Shown here in pieces: positions 1 through 8,720 of a stretch of DNA of 62,106 nt (position 1 is the stretch's first letter; each line of letters begins with the position of its first letter). This stretch comes from Limisphaerales bacterium (GTDB lineage: Bacteria; Verrucomicrobiota; Verrucomicrobiia; Limisphaerales; UBA11358): the NCBI GenBank assembly GCA_052140285.1, contig JBKQUF010000168.1, positions 1 to 62,106 of the forward strand, in the 5' to 3' direction. The position numbers and the translations under genes are program-made. The notes under the pieces are model-generated. The model was not told the DNA's origin. It was given only the letters and a program-made list of their open reading frames with translations, and made no database searches.

Positions 1-2
1 GG

Positions 3-470
3 GCTTTGCCCTTCAGCGGCATATTAACCGGGATTGTTTCCGGCACGGGCGACGATGTTTATTTCTTCAATTGGGCGACGACGCTTGCTTATGTCTTTGA
101 TTACGCGCTGACCGCGCTGTTCATCCAGCGAAAGTTCCTGCCGCGCCGCCCTCCCAAAACCGCCGGCATACTGGCCGTTCTGCTGGCTGCTTTTTGGGCC
201 ATCACTCCGGGCATCATTTTATTTTTTCTCAACCGATTGAATTGGAACTCGATCGAAGGATTACAACTGGGTAATATATTCAATCTGTTCGCCCTGCGTG
301 ATCGCAGCCAGACGTACAAACACTTCTTATTTGCCTTTGGCTGGCTGGTATTCGCGATGTCGTTCAACGCACCCTGGTTCTGGCGCCAGATAAATTCTTT
401 CCGACCGTACGTCAAAACCGAGCCGCCGCCGGTAATTGGCGAAGTTTCATCACCACCTCGCGCAGGATGA
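3..470 (+). CDS. membrane protein, C-terminal part (5' end outside window)
   Basis: Frame is open from the window edge to TGA 468-470. Hydrophobic helices present (ILAVLLAAFWAITPGIILFFL, FLFAFGWLVFAMSF). The stop lies 3 nt before the DUF58 ATG, so it is probably in the same operon. No family recognised. Confidence 0.5.
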   Translation, partial: ALPFSGILTGIVSGTGDDVYFFNWATTLAYVFDYALTALFIQRKFLPRRPPKTAGILAVLLAAFWAITPGIILFFLNRLNWNSIEGLQLGNIFNLFALRDRSQTYKHFLFAFGWLVFAMSFNAPWFWRQINSFRPYVKTEPPPVIGEVSSPPRAG

Positions 471-473
471 AAA

Positions 474-1340
474 ATGGACCCAGCCCTGCGACAATCTCTC
501 CGCGATGGTGAAAAACTGGGCCTCCGTTATGCGCTGCAGATTCCGCAAGTCGCCGCCAGCGGCTGGACCGGTTTGCGCAGCGGCCGCCGGGCCGGAAGTT
601 CCATCGATTTTCAGGATTATCGTGAATATCAACCCGGTGACGACCTGCGCTTTATCGACTGGGGAATCTACGCGCGCACTGACCGGCTCACCGTAAAATT
701 GTACCGCGAAGAAGTCATCCCGCACCTGGACCTAATAGTGGATGGCTCCCGTTCGATGAATCTGGGAAATACCGCGAAAGCGGCTGCGACCGCCAAAATT
801 TCGGCCATGCTTGCCACCGCTGCCGCCAACGCCCAATGCACGCAGGCTGTTTGGCTCTCCGGCGAAGGGTTTCAACACTTACAGAATGACACGCTCACAC
901 CCGGCGCATGGGATGGGCTGGATTTGGACAGCAAACGCACGCCGCAGCAATCCTTCGAAATCCTGCCGCCAAAGTTTCGCCGCCTGGGCGTGCGTGTTTT
1001 TATCAGCGATCTGCTCTGGCCGGGAGACCCGGTCCCGGTTTTGCGCCATTTACGGGATGGCGCGGCTGCATTATTTGTCATCCAACTGCTGGCCCGTGAC
1101 GACGTCACGCCGCCGGACCAAGGTAATGTGCGGGTTGTTGACAGCGAGAGCGGCGAGGAAATGGAAATCTATATCGATTCATCCATTGCCACACAGTACG
1201 GCGACAACCTCGCGCAATTACAACAAAACTGGAGCGACGCCTGCCGCCAGTATGGCGCACAGATGACGACGGTCGTTGCCGAAAACTTGGAAGGCTCGCT
1301 CGGCGAACTACAGGCAATCCAATTGCTGGCTCCCGCATGA
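474..1340 (+). CDS. DUF58 family protein (MoxR-associated, vWA-like)
   Basis: 288-aa ORF with the DUF58 signature block GSSIDFQDYREYQPGDDLRFIDWGIYARTDRLTVKLYREE. ATGA overlap with the next gene at 1337-1340. Confidence 0.85.
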   Translation: MDPALRQSLRDGEKLGLRYALQIPQVAASGWTGLRSGRRAGSSIDFQDYREYQPGDDLRFIDWGIYARTDRLTVKLYREEVIPHLDLIVDGSRSMNLGNTAKAAATAKISAMLATAAANAQCTQAVWLSGEGFQHLQNDTLTPGAWDGLDLDSKRTPQQSFEILPPKFRRLGVRVFISDLLWPGDPVPVLRHLRDGAAALFVIQLLARDDVTPPDQGNVRVVDSESGEEMEIYIDSSIATQYGDNLAQLQQNWSDACRQYGAQMTTVVAENLEGSLGELQAIQLLAPA

Positions 1341-3079
1341 TCCCGTTCCTAACCTATCCGCTCGCGCTTGCTGCTCTGGCAACACTGCCCGCGCTCGCTG
1401 CGATTTACCTGTTGAGGAACCGTTTTCGCCGCAAGCAGGTTTCCAGCCTTGTTCTCTGGCGCTTTCATGTCCAATCGAAGTCCGGTGGCACAAAAATTCA
1501 CAAGTTGCAGTTGCCATTCCTCTTTTTCCTCGAACTGCTTATCCTGCTGTTGCTCGTAACCGCGGCCACCGGACCGTATTGGAAAGCACCGCAATCGTCC
1601 CGCCCACTGGTGGTGATCCTGGATGATTCATTTTCCATGCGCGCGATAGATGGCCGCCTCTCCGCGCGGGACCGCGCCTATAGTTTCCTTAAAAATCTTT
1701 ACCGCCAGCCCCCGCCGTACGCCCGCCTGATCCTTGCGGGAACCTCTCCGCACCTCCTCGGCTCCTCGACAAGAAACTGGCGTGAAGTGGACACGTTGCT
1801 TTCACAATGGAACTGTTTGGCGCCGGACGCCGCAATTGGGGCGGCCATCGCGATGGCCGCCAGCAGTGCCGGGACGCAAGCCAACATCCTTGTTCTGACT
1901 GACCATCCGCCCGCCGACGAAAAAGTCTCCAATCCGCGCTTGGAATGGCACGCGTTCGGCACTCCCCTTGACAATTTTGCCATCGTCAACGCTTCACGCA
2001 CTGCGTTTGGTGACCAGGATCGTTGCCTCCTGGAGATCGCCAACTTTTCGAGCCAGGCGCGGGCCACCCGATTATCGCTTCAAACTGGCACCAATCTCGA
2101 AACTTCCTCACTTTCGCTTGGTGCGCGTGCCAGCCAACGGTTGGTCTTTAACCTGCCATCTTCTGTGGGCCAGCTCCGCGCGATGCTGGAACCTGATGCC
2201 CTGGCCGCGGACAATGAGGTCCTATTACTTCCCCCAGTCCGGAAAAAAGTTCGTGTACAGGTCGCGCTGACCAACGAAGACCTATCCGCACTTGCGGATC
2301 GCACCTTAAAGGCAACCGGACTTCGCTCCCCTTTTTCCGAAGATCCGGAGGTGGTCATCCATGAGACGGATGCCCCGGTGGGCAGCAACAGTTGGAACCT
2401 GGTTTGGTCAACCCTGGCGGCGACGAATGCCTTTACCGGCCCGTTCATCATTGACGATTCACACCCGCTGGCTGAAGGTGTCGCGCTCAATGGCACGGTC
2501 TGGGCGGGGGCGCAAATGACCAATGCGCCGGGAGAGATTCCGGTGATCCTTGCGGGAAATGTTCCTTTGCTTTCGGCGCGCGAAGATTCGATCGGGCGGC
2601 AACATCTTCTGTTGAATTTCGATCCGCAGCTATCCACATTGCCGGACACGCCTGACTGGCCCATCCTGTTTTGGAACATCTTGAAGTGGCGCATCGAAGA
2701 GGCCCCGGGCCTTAAAGAAAGCAATGTCCGGCTGGGCGCGGAAACGGAATTGAAGACGACCGGCGAGGCGGTGACGGTAGCACAACCGGATGGGACGCGA
2801 ATATTTTACCCGACGACTGGCGGTGATCTGGCGCTGGAAACTCCCGAGCCGGGAATTTACTCGGTAGTCATGGGAGCGGTCACCAACCAATTCGCGGTGA
2901 ATACGCTGAATTCCGATGGATCTGATTTGTCCGCATGCGCCAGCGGACAATTTGGCAAATGGAGCGAGGACACTGAACACCGGCTCGAACAAGTGTCCGC
3001 AGTCTGGTTGTTTGGCCTGCTCGCGCTGGCAACGCTGGCTGGCCATTCATACCTGGTCGCCACGTCCAAAGGAAAATGA
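1337..3079 (+). CDS. BatA-type N-terminal double-transmembrane domain protein
   Basis: N-terminus MIPFLTYPLALAALATLPALAAIYLLRNRFRRKQVSSLVLWRF fits the aerotolerance BatA-like N-terminal domain. A C-terminal TM is present (VWLFGLLALATLAGHSYLV). Translationally coupled on both sides. Confidence 0.75.
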   Translation: MIPFLTYPLALAALATLPALAAIYLLRNRFRRKQVSSLVLWRFHVQSKSGGTKIHKLQLPFLFFLELLILLLLVTAATGPYWKAPQSSRPLVVILDDSFSMRAIDGRLSARDRAYSFLKNLYRQPPPYARLILAGTSPHLLGSSTRNWREVDTLLSQWNCLAPDAAIGAAIAMAASSAGTQANILVLTDHPPADEKVSNPRLEWHAFGTPLDNFAIVNASRTAFGDQDRCLLEIANFSSQARATRLSLQTGTNLETSSLSLGARASQRLVFNLPSSVGQLRAMLEPDALAADNEVLLLPPVRKKVRVQVALTNEDLSALADRTLKATGLRSPFSEDPEVVIHETDAPVGSNSWNLVWSTLAATNAFTGPFIIDDSHPLAEGVALNGTVWAGAQMTNAPGEIPVILAGNVPLLSAREDSIGRQHLLLNFDPQLSTLPDTPDWPILFWNILKWRIEEAPGLKESNVRLGAETELKTTGEAVTVAQPDGTRIFYPTTGGDLALETPEPGIYSVVMGAVTNQFAVNTLNSDGSDLSACASGQFGKWSEDTEHRLEQVSAVWLFGLLALATLAGHSYLVATSKGK

Positions 3080-3080
3080 A

Positions 3081-5906
3081 ATGGCCATGCTGACCATTTT
3101 CCAACCTTTTTGGTTTCTGCTGCTGGTCCCGCTCGTCGCAACCTGGTTTGCCTGGCCTCTGCCAAACCGCAGCTTAAAAGTATTGCGGGCAATGATTTTC
3201 GCGCTCGTCATTCTCGCACTCGCACAATTGGCCATTCGATTGCCGGATCGCGCGGGCACGGTCATTGTCGTCGCCGATCGCAGCGAATCCATGCCGATGG
3301 GCTTTGACGCAACCGAGAGAGAAGTCATCGACTTACTCTACAAATCCATGGGGCCACGCGACCAACTCGGTGTGGTTTCCTTCGGACGCGAGGCGGCCAT
3401 TGAGCAATCGCCGCAGCGAAGCGGATTCGGCGGGTTCACCGCGGACATTGGTGCGGACCATTCGGATCTGAATGCCGCCATCGAAACCGGGCTGGCTCTC
3501 ATCCCATCCCAAGACAGCGGACGTATTTTGGTGTTATCCGACGGCAAATGGACTGGAAAAGACCCCGAGGCCGCCGCCGCGCGCGCCGCCGGACGATCCG
3601 TCGCGATTGATTACCGCTTGTTAACGCGGCCCCAGATCAATGACCTGGCGATCCAAAGTTTTCTCGCGCCGCAATCCGTTTTACCCGGACAGGCGTTTGT
3701 TTTGAGCGGTTGGATACAATCGCCGGACGCACAGGAAATCCAATACCAGCTTGAGCGCGGGGATGAGATTATTTCATCCGGCAGCAAGAGAGTTCCCGCA
3801 GGCCTTTCGCGTCTAATGTTTCGCGACCGTGCAGACCAGGCGGGCGTCAACGAATACGTCTTGACCGTTCGCGGTGCTGCGGACGATCCCGTTCCTGAGA
3901 ATAATACGGCGCGGGTGTTGGTGGGAGTGGAAGGGGCAAAACCTATTCTAATCGTTTCCTCAGCCGGCGAGGCTTCCGGCTTGGTAAGATTGCTACGCAA
4001 CGGCGGGGTTGATGCGGTCGGCAAAACTCCGGCGCAATGTGATTGGTCACTCGAAGAACTCTCCCAATTTTCCGCGGTCCTCATTGAGAATGTTGACGCC
4101 GGCCAGATCGGGATGAGCGGCATGGAAACACTCGCCGCATGGGTGGAAGATGCCGGCAACGGATTGGCAATGACCGGCGGGCAAAAATCCTACGGACCGG
4201 GGGGGTATTTTAAATCACCGTTGGACCGCATCATGCCCGTCTCGATGGAGATGCGCCGCGAGCACCGCAAGCTCAACGTCGCGGTGGTGGTGGCCCTTGA
4301 CCGCAGTGGTAGCATGGCTATGCCCGCAGGGGGCGGTCGCAAGAAAATCGACTTGGCAGACTTGGGGACCGTGCAAGTCCTGGATTTGCTTTCCCCGATG
4401 GATGAGTTCGGCGTGTTTGCCGTGGATACTGTCGCGCATGAAATTGTCCCGCTAGACACTGTCGAGCATAATGAGGCCTATCGATCAAAAATCCTGAAGA
4501 TCGATTCTGAGGGGGGTGGGATTTATATCTACGAAGCGCTTGTGGCGTCCGCCCGGATGATCTCCGCAGCGCACGCCCAAACAAAACACATAATCCTCTT
4601 TTCCGATGCGGCGGACGCCGAGCAATCAGCGCACTACGAAGAGATCGTCCAAAAGCTTCGCGATGCCAATGTGACGGTTAGTGTCGTTGGCCTGGGCACG
4701 GAGCATGATAAAGACGCTGACATGCTCAAAGACCTTGCGCGGCGCGGCGGGGGCGAATGTTATTTCAGCGACAACCCGGACGAGATTCCGCGCATCTTCG
4801 CGCAAGACACTTTCACCATCGCGCGCAGCACGTTTGTTGACCAACCGACGGCGTTTTCAATGACGGACGGTTATTCGTTGCTCGGTTCCCAATTGGATTC
4901 CGCGCCGCCGTCGCTTGGAGGTTACAATCTTTGTTACATCCGGCCCACGGCAAATCTCGCCGCCATCACCAAAGACGAATATAAAGCGCCTGTGGTTGCT
5001 TCGTGGAATGTGGGGAGCGGCCGGGTGCTATGTTTCCTCGGCGAAGCAGATGGAAAATTTAGCGGTGATTTTGCCAATTGGAAACAGGCCGGCGAATTTT
5101 ATTCCACGCTCGCACGCTGGGCCGCCGGCAAACACCAGCCTTTGCCAAATAACATGCTTTTGACACAAGAAATCCGCGATGGCGTATGCTTTGTACAACT
5201 GCACCTGGACCCTGAACGCCAAGGCGACCCCTTCTCGGATCTGCCTCGCATCCAGGTTTTGCATGGGATACCCGGCGCTGCACCGGCACGGGAAACAATT
5301 CCTTTTCAGTGGAAAAATGCTGACCTTCTCGAAGCAGCCATCACGGTTGCGGGGCGCGAAACAGTTTTAAACACCGTTGATATTTCTGGCCAGCAACCCG
5401 TCACTTTGCCCCCGGTGTGCCTGCCTTATTCGCCGGAATTTGCGCCTGACCAGCCCGGGCGGGGTGGGACGGCCTTGGAGGAAATCGCCACGACTAGCGG
5501 CGGCAAAGAGCGCGTGGAGATCCCGGCCATGTGGGATGAACTCCCTGTAAAATCCCGTTATGTCGAACTGGCATCATGGTTGTTGGTGGCGGCGGCAATA
5601 TTGTTTCTTTTGGAAATTTTGGAACGGCGTACAGGCTGGGTATCACGACTGTTCCGCCGAAACGTCGCCGCCGACCTGGCCGCAACAGAAATTGGCGGAG
5701 ACTTAACCGCTGTTGCAAAACCCGCCTTTCCTTGGCTGGTTCGAAAACCTTCCTCGCGGGTCTCGTCAAATAAACCCGCCGATGCAACCTTGGCCGCTCC
5801 CACAACCAGCGGCCCACCTAAATCTACTCCTTTAAAGGAAACAGATACCACTATCGATGCTTTACAGGAGGCTCGCAAACGTGCAAAGCGGCGGTCAGGT
5901 AGTTGA
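3081..5906 (+). CDS. membrane-anchored protein with two von Willebrand factor A domains (BatB-like)
   Basis: ATG 3081 was chosen. It lies 1 nt after the upstream TGA and begins with the TM MAMLTIFQPFWFLLLVPLVATWFAW. The track start at 2916 would overlap the previous gene by 164 nt. Two MIDAS-like blocks (VIVVADRSESMP, VVVALDRSGSMAMP) and a C-terminal TM (LASWLLVAAAILFLLEIL). Confidence 0.8.
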   Translation: MAMLTIFQPFWFLLLVPLVATWFAWPLPNRSLKVLRAMIFALVILALAQLAIRLPDRAGTVIVVADRSESMPMGFDATEREVIDLLYKSMGPRDQLGVVSFGREAAIEQSPQRSGFGGFTADIGADHSDLNAAIETGLALIPSQDSGRILVLSDGKWTGKDPEAAAARAAGRSVAIDYRLLTRPQINDLAIQSFLAPQSVLPGQAFVLSGWIQSPDAQEIQYQLERGDEIISSGSKRVPAGLSRLMFRDRADQAGVNEYVLTVRGAADDPVPENNTARVLVGVEGAKPILIVSSAGEASGLVRLLRNGGVDAVGKTPAQCDWSLEELSQFSAVLIENVDAGQIGMSGMETLAAWVEDAGNGLAMTGGQKSYGPGGYFKSPLDRIMPVSMEMRREHRKLNVAVVVALDRSGSMAMPAGGGRKKIDLADLGTVQVLDLLSPMDEFGVFAVDTVAHEIVPLDTVEHNEAYRSKILKIDSEGGGIYIYEALVASARMISAAHAQTKHIILFSDAADAEQSAHYEEIVQKLRDANVTVSVVGLGTEHDKDADMLKDLARRGGGECYFSDNPDEIPRIFAQDTFTIARSTFVDQPTAFSMTDGYSLLGSQLDSAPPSLGGYNLCYIRPTANLAAITKDEYKAPVVASWNVGSGRVLCFLGEADGKFSGDFANWKQAGEFYSTLARWAAGKHQPLPNNMLLTQEIRDGVCFVQLHLDPERQGDPFSDLPRIQVLHGIPGAAPARETIPFQWKNADLLEAAITVAGRETVLNTVDISGQQPVTLPPVCLPYSPEFAPDQPGRGGTALEEIATTSGGKERVEIPAMWDELPVKSRYVELASWLLVAAAILFLLEILERRTGWVSRLFRRNVAADLAATEIGGDLTAVAKPAFPWLVRKPSSRVSSNKPADATLAAPTTSGPPKSTPLKETDTTIDALQEARKRAKRRSGS

Positions 5907-6228
5907 TTCCACTCTTATCGGCTGGGCGGAACGGTTTTGGCGATTGCATTTCTCTTTCGTAGCGCTCTATTGGCTCCGCAAACTTTCTGGGTGGATCCGG
6001 GCTGGATGGAGTTGGACGCGTTTGGGCGTATCAGCAGAGATGGCAAAGGGTTGAATGCTTTTTAATTCACCATTCTCCATTGCATACACCGGGCATCCGG
6101 GAATTAGGCGACAGCGCTCTGGCCAAATTCGGACGGCCAATTGGCTGGGACATTTTAAAATTCCGCCAAACACAAAAATTGAAACAACGCCGGTTGCAAA
6201 TCGGCAAACAACGAAAGGAAAAACTGAT

Positions 6229-6744
6229 ATGTCAGACATCAACAACATCTCCTTGACCTGCCGGCTGACTGCCAACCCGGTTATCAACCACAGCCCCTCG
6301 GGCGTATGCTGGGGCCTCTTTAGCCTTGCCAGCAATTGCCGGTACAAGGACAAGACCGGAAAGCTGCAAACCGAGACGGCCTTCGTGCCATGCAAAGTTT
6401 TTTGCGGCTGGGCCGAATCTCTCGGCCAGCACAAGAAGGGTGACCAAGCTGTGGTGACCGGACGGTTGCGGACGGAACGATGGGAAAAGGACGGGGAATC
6501 CAGGAGCCAACTGGCCCTGATCTGTGACATCCTCTTTTTCATCGCGCCCAAAGGCACGGTGCCAACCCCCCCCCGCCGATGCCCGAAGCAGTGGAGCAAG
6601 CGGTGCCGTTTTGATCAGATGGACGGTTCAATCCGGCGACGCTGTTCCGGGAACAGTGTCGCCGGAATACTCCGCCAAACACAATTACATGAATTTATTC
6701 TTTTTCGACGAAGGCACACCCTTGGTGCGGCTGGAATGTTATGA
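6229..6744 (+). CDS. ssb: single-stranded DNA-binding protein, short phage/plasmid-like; C-terminal tail appears frameshifted at a C9 run (corrected end would be 6614)
   Basis: OB-fold sequence MSDINNISLTCRLTANPVINHSP...AFVPCKVFCGWAESLGQHKKGDQAVVTGRLRTERWEKDGESRSQLALICD. ATG 6229 is preceded by aaaggaaaaactgat. After C9 (6566-6574) the as-read frame turns Arg/Cys-rich. The -1 frame gives PPPPMPEAVEQAVPF* ending at 6614. Confidence 0.7.
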   Translation: MSDINNISLTCRLTANPVINHSPSGVCWGLFSLASNCRYKDKTGKLQTETAFVPCKVFCGWAESLGQHKKGDQAVVTGRLRTERWEKDGESRSQLALICDILFFIAPKGTVPTPPRRCPKQWSKRCRFDQMDGSIRRRCSGNSVAGILRQTQLHEFILFRRRHTLGAAGML

Positions 6745-8032
6745 ACCGGCGGGATTGCGACTGGAACTGAACGCGTCTTCGTTGTTCCGGCATCTGCTGT
6801 TGATCGGCGGCACGGGCGCGGGCAAAACTTCAGTCCTCAATGTGATGCTGGGCCAGTTGCTTGCGGCGCGCGTCGGTGGCCAACCCATCGGACTGTTAAT
6901 ATTAGACGGCAAACAGGATCACACAGTCTTGCGTATCGAAAAACTCGCGGCGGAGGCTGGACGCTCGGTTCAAGTGCTGACCCCCGGCGGGGTACTTGGT
7001 TACGATCTGTTTTCTTCGTTACTTACTCTCGACGATGTCGCGGTCATGGCCCAGCGATTGGTGTTGGGTGCCGGTCCATTGGGCGGGGACATCGCCTACT
7101 GGGAGAACATGCGAACGACCATGCTGGAAGCCGCCCTATCCCTCCTGGTGGTGCGGGGCACCCCGGTCGCCTTTGACTCGGCCATTGAGTTCATGCGCAC
7201 TTGTTTTTTTGACAGCGAGGACCCGGCTCCGGTCAATGACTTGGTCCAGCACGCCGGCTCTGTGTTGGCGGCCAACCGGCTGCCTGCGCCCATCACCCGG
7301 CGAATCAAGCAGTCCTTGGATGCCGTAAAGTTGTGGGGAAAACTCGATGGGCGGACCCGCAGCAACGTCCAGTCCATCCTGCTGACCGTCTTGAACCCGC
7401 TTTTGAGCAGCCGCGCCGGGTTGTTGTTCGCCGCCCAGGGCCGTCCCACTTTTTTACCTGAAGTGGTGGTTAACCAAGGTGGCGTGGTCGTCGTTTCTAT
7501 CAACGCCCTCACCGAGCCGGCCCTGGCCCGGCTGGTCTTCCGGTTGGTCAAAAACGATTTCTACGAGTGCGCGCAACGCCGTCTGGCGGGGCCGTTGTGC
7601 GGACTGATCATGGACGAAAACCCCTTGGCGGCCAGCCTGGATGACCTTGAAAACCTTCAAACGCTCCGCTCGCGCGGCGCGTTCGTTATCGCGGCGACGC
7701 AGGGGTTTCTCGCGCTGGACCAAATGGTGGGTGTACGCATCCGGCAGGCATTGGTCGCCGGGTTCCAGAACATCATCGCCATGCAATCGCACGAGCCCGA
7801 GGTTGATTTGCTCATGGCCATCATCATGGGAGAACCCCGGATTGTTGAACCGCCGCCCGTCCTCTGTCTGATACAGGATGATTTCGCCGCCGGGTTTGTT
7901 CGTGTCCGCCATAACTCACGCGATTCCCAAAATCTTCAAACTCTCAATCCCCCGGTCGTCCATGATCTTCACCGCCACCCGGCCATGCTTATGCTCGTAT
8001 TGTTTAACGGGTCGTTTTTTGATGCCGGATGA
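6689..8032 (+). CDS. soluble P-loop ATPase of the TraD/TraG/VirD4 coupling-protein type (TraG-D_C-like)
   Basis: Walker A LLLIGGTGAGKTSVLN. Walker B-like LCGLIMDENPL followed by LRSRGAFVIAATQGFLALDQ, the DE...R...Q pattern of coupling proteins. No N-terminal TM. ATG 6689 (MNLFFFDEG) was chosen over the 6524 track start. The last ~60 codons look non-protein-like. Confidence 0.6.
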   Translation: MNLFFFDEGTPLVRLECYEPAGLRLELNASSLFRHLLLIGGTGAGKTSVLNVMLGQLLAARVGGQPIGLLILDGKQDHTVLRIEKLAAEAGRSVQVLTPGGVLGYDLFSSLLTLDDVAVMAQRLVLGAGPLGGDIAYWENMRTTMLEAALSLLVVRGTPVAFDSAIEFMRTCFFDSEDPAPVNDLVQHAGSVLAANRLPAPITRRIKQSLDAVKLWGKLDGRTRSNVQSILLTVLNPLLSSRAGLLFAAQGRPTFLPEVVVNQGGVVVVSINALTEPALARLVFRLVKNDFYECAQRRLAGPLCGLIMDENPLAASLDDLENLQTLRSRGAFVIAATQGFLALDQMVGVRIRQALVAGFQNIIAMQSHEPEVDLLMAIIMGEPRIVEPPPVLCLIQDDFAAGFVRVRHNSRDSQNLQTLNPPVVHDLHRHPAMLMLVLFNGSFFDAG

Positions 8033-8176
8033 TTTTGCCATTCAGGTTGGCAGGAATCGTAAGCCGGAGAATTTTTAGGCAATTGCAAAACGGTTTGCCC
8101 CACCGGACGCAATTTGGCGGAATCTGAACATGACTGCCGTGAAGGGGGCAGCCCACGGGAAGTATGGCAATCAGTC

Positions 8177-8656
8177 TCAACTGTTTTTCGGTTTGGGATG
8201 TAAAAGTCTTGTCACGTCGGCATGGGCGAAGACGACATCGGGGTCGCGCTGGAGGGCTTCAAAGTAATGGCGGGAGAATTCCTCGCCGGCCTCCGAAGGC
8301 ACCACCAATTGGGCGCTCTCCTTGAGCAACGCATTCACCTTGATGGCGGTCAGCGGCTCTTTTTCATCGAGCGCTTCATCCATCGAGACGATCAACATTG
8401 ACAGCGGGTGCAGCCAGGCAAACCAGGAATCGCCGGTGAGAAGCTTGAGGAACTGGTTGGGCGATGAGATTTTGCCGAAGGTCTTTTCATAAGTGGCGCG
8501 GTCGGATTCGGCGAGGGCCTTGTGCAACTTGAGCATCGCGTTGCGGATGTGCTGCAGGTGTTCACGCAGTTCCTTGTTTTCCGGTTTTATATTCGACGGC
8601 ATGAGCGAATTTAGCGCATCAATTTTGAAAAGGAAAGAATCAGAAGTTAACGTCAA
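8177..8656 (-). CDS. hypothetical protein (helical, cytoplasmic)
   Basis: 159-aa ORF with normal-looking composition and no competing ORF. Divergent from the response-regulator gene. No family recognised. Confidence 0.55.
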   Translation of the reverse strand: MTLTSDSFLFKIDALNSLMPSNIKPENKELREHLQHIRNAMLKLHKALAESDRATYEKTFGKISSPNQFLKLLTGDSWFAWLHPLSMLIVSMDEALDEKEPLTAIKVNALLKESAQLVVPSEAGEEFSRHYFEALQRDPDVVFAHADVTRLLHPKPKNS

Positions 8657-8720
8657 AATTGGTTTTTTTTGGAACGGATTAAAAAAAACTTAAGTTATCC
8701 CCGCCATTGCCGATTGTTGT

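Noticed and set aside
2916-3080. Upstream extension of the vWA gene to the track start at 2916.
   Set aside because: It would overlap the BatA-like gene by 164 nt and encodes non-protein-like sequence. ATG 3081 follows the upstream stop by 1 nt and begins with a clean TM helix.
5967-6599. 210-aa minus-strand ORF covering the ssb upstream region and ssb itself.
   Set aside because: It is antisense to a recognisable OB-fold gene, has no motifs, and its composition is typical of a shadow ORF.
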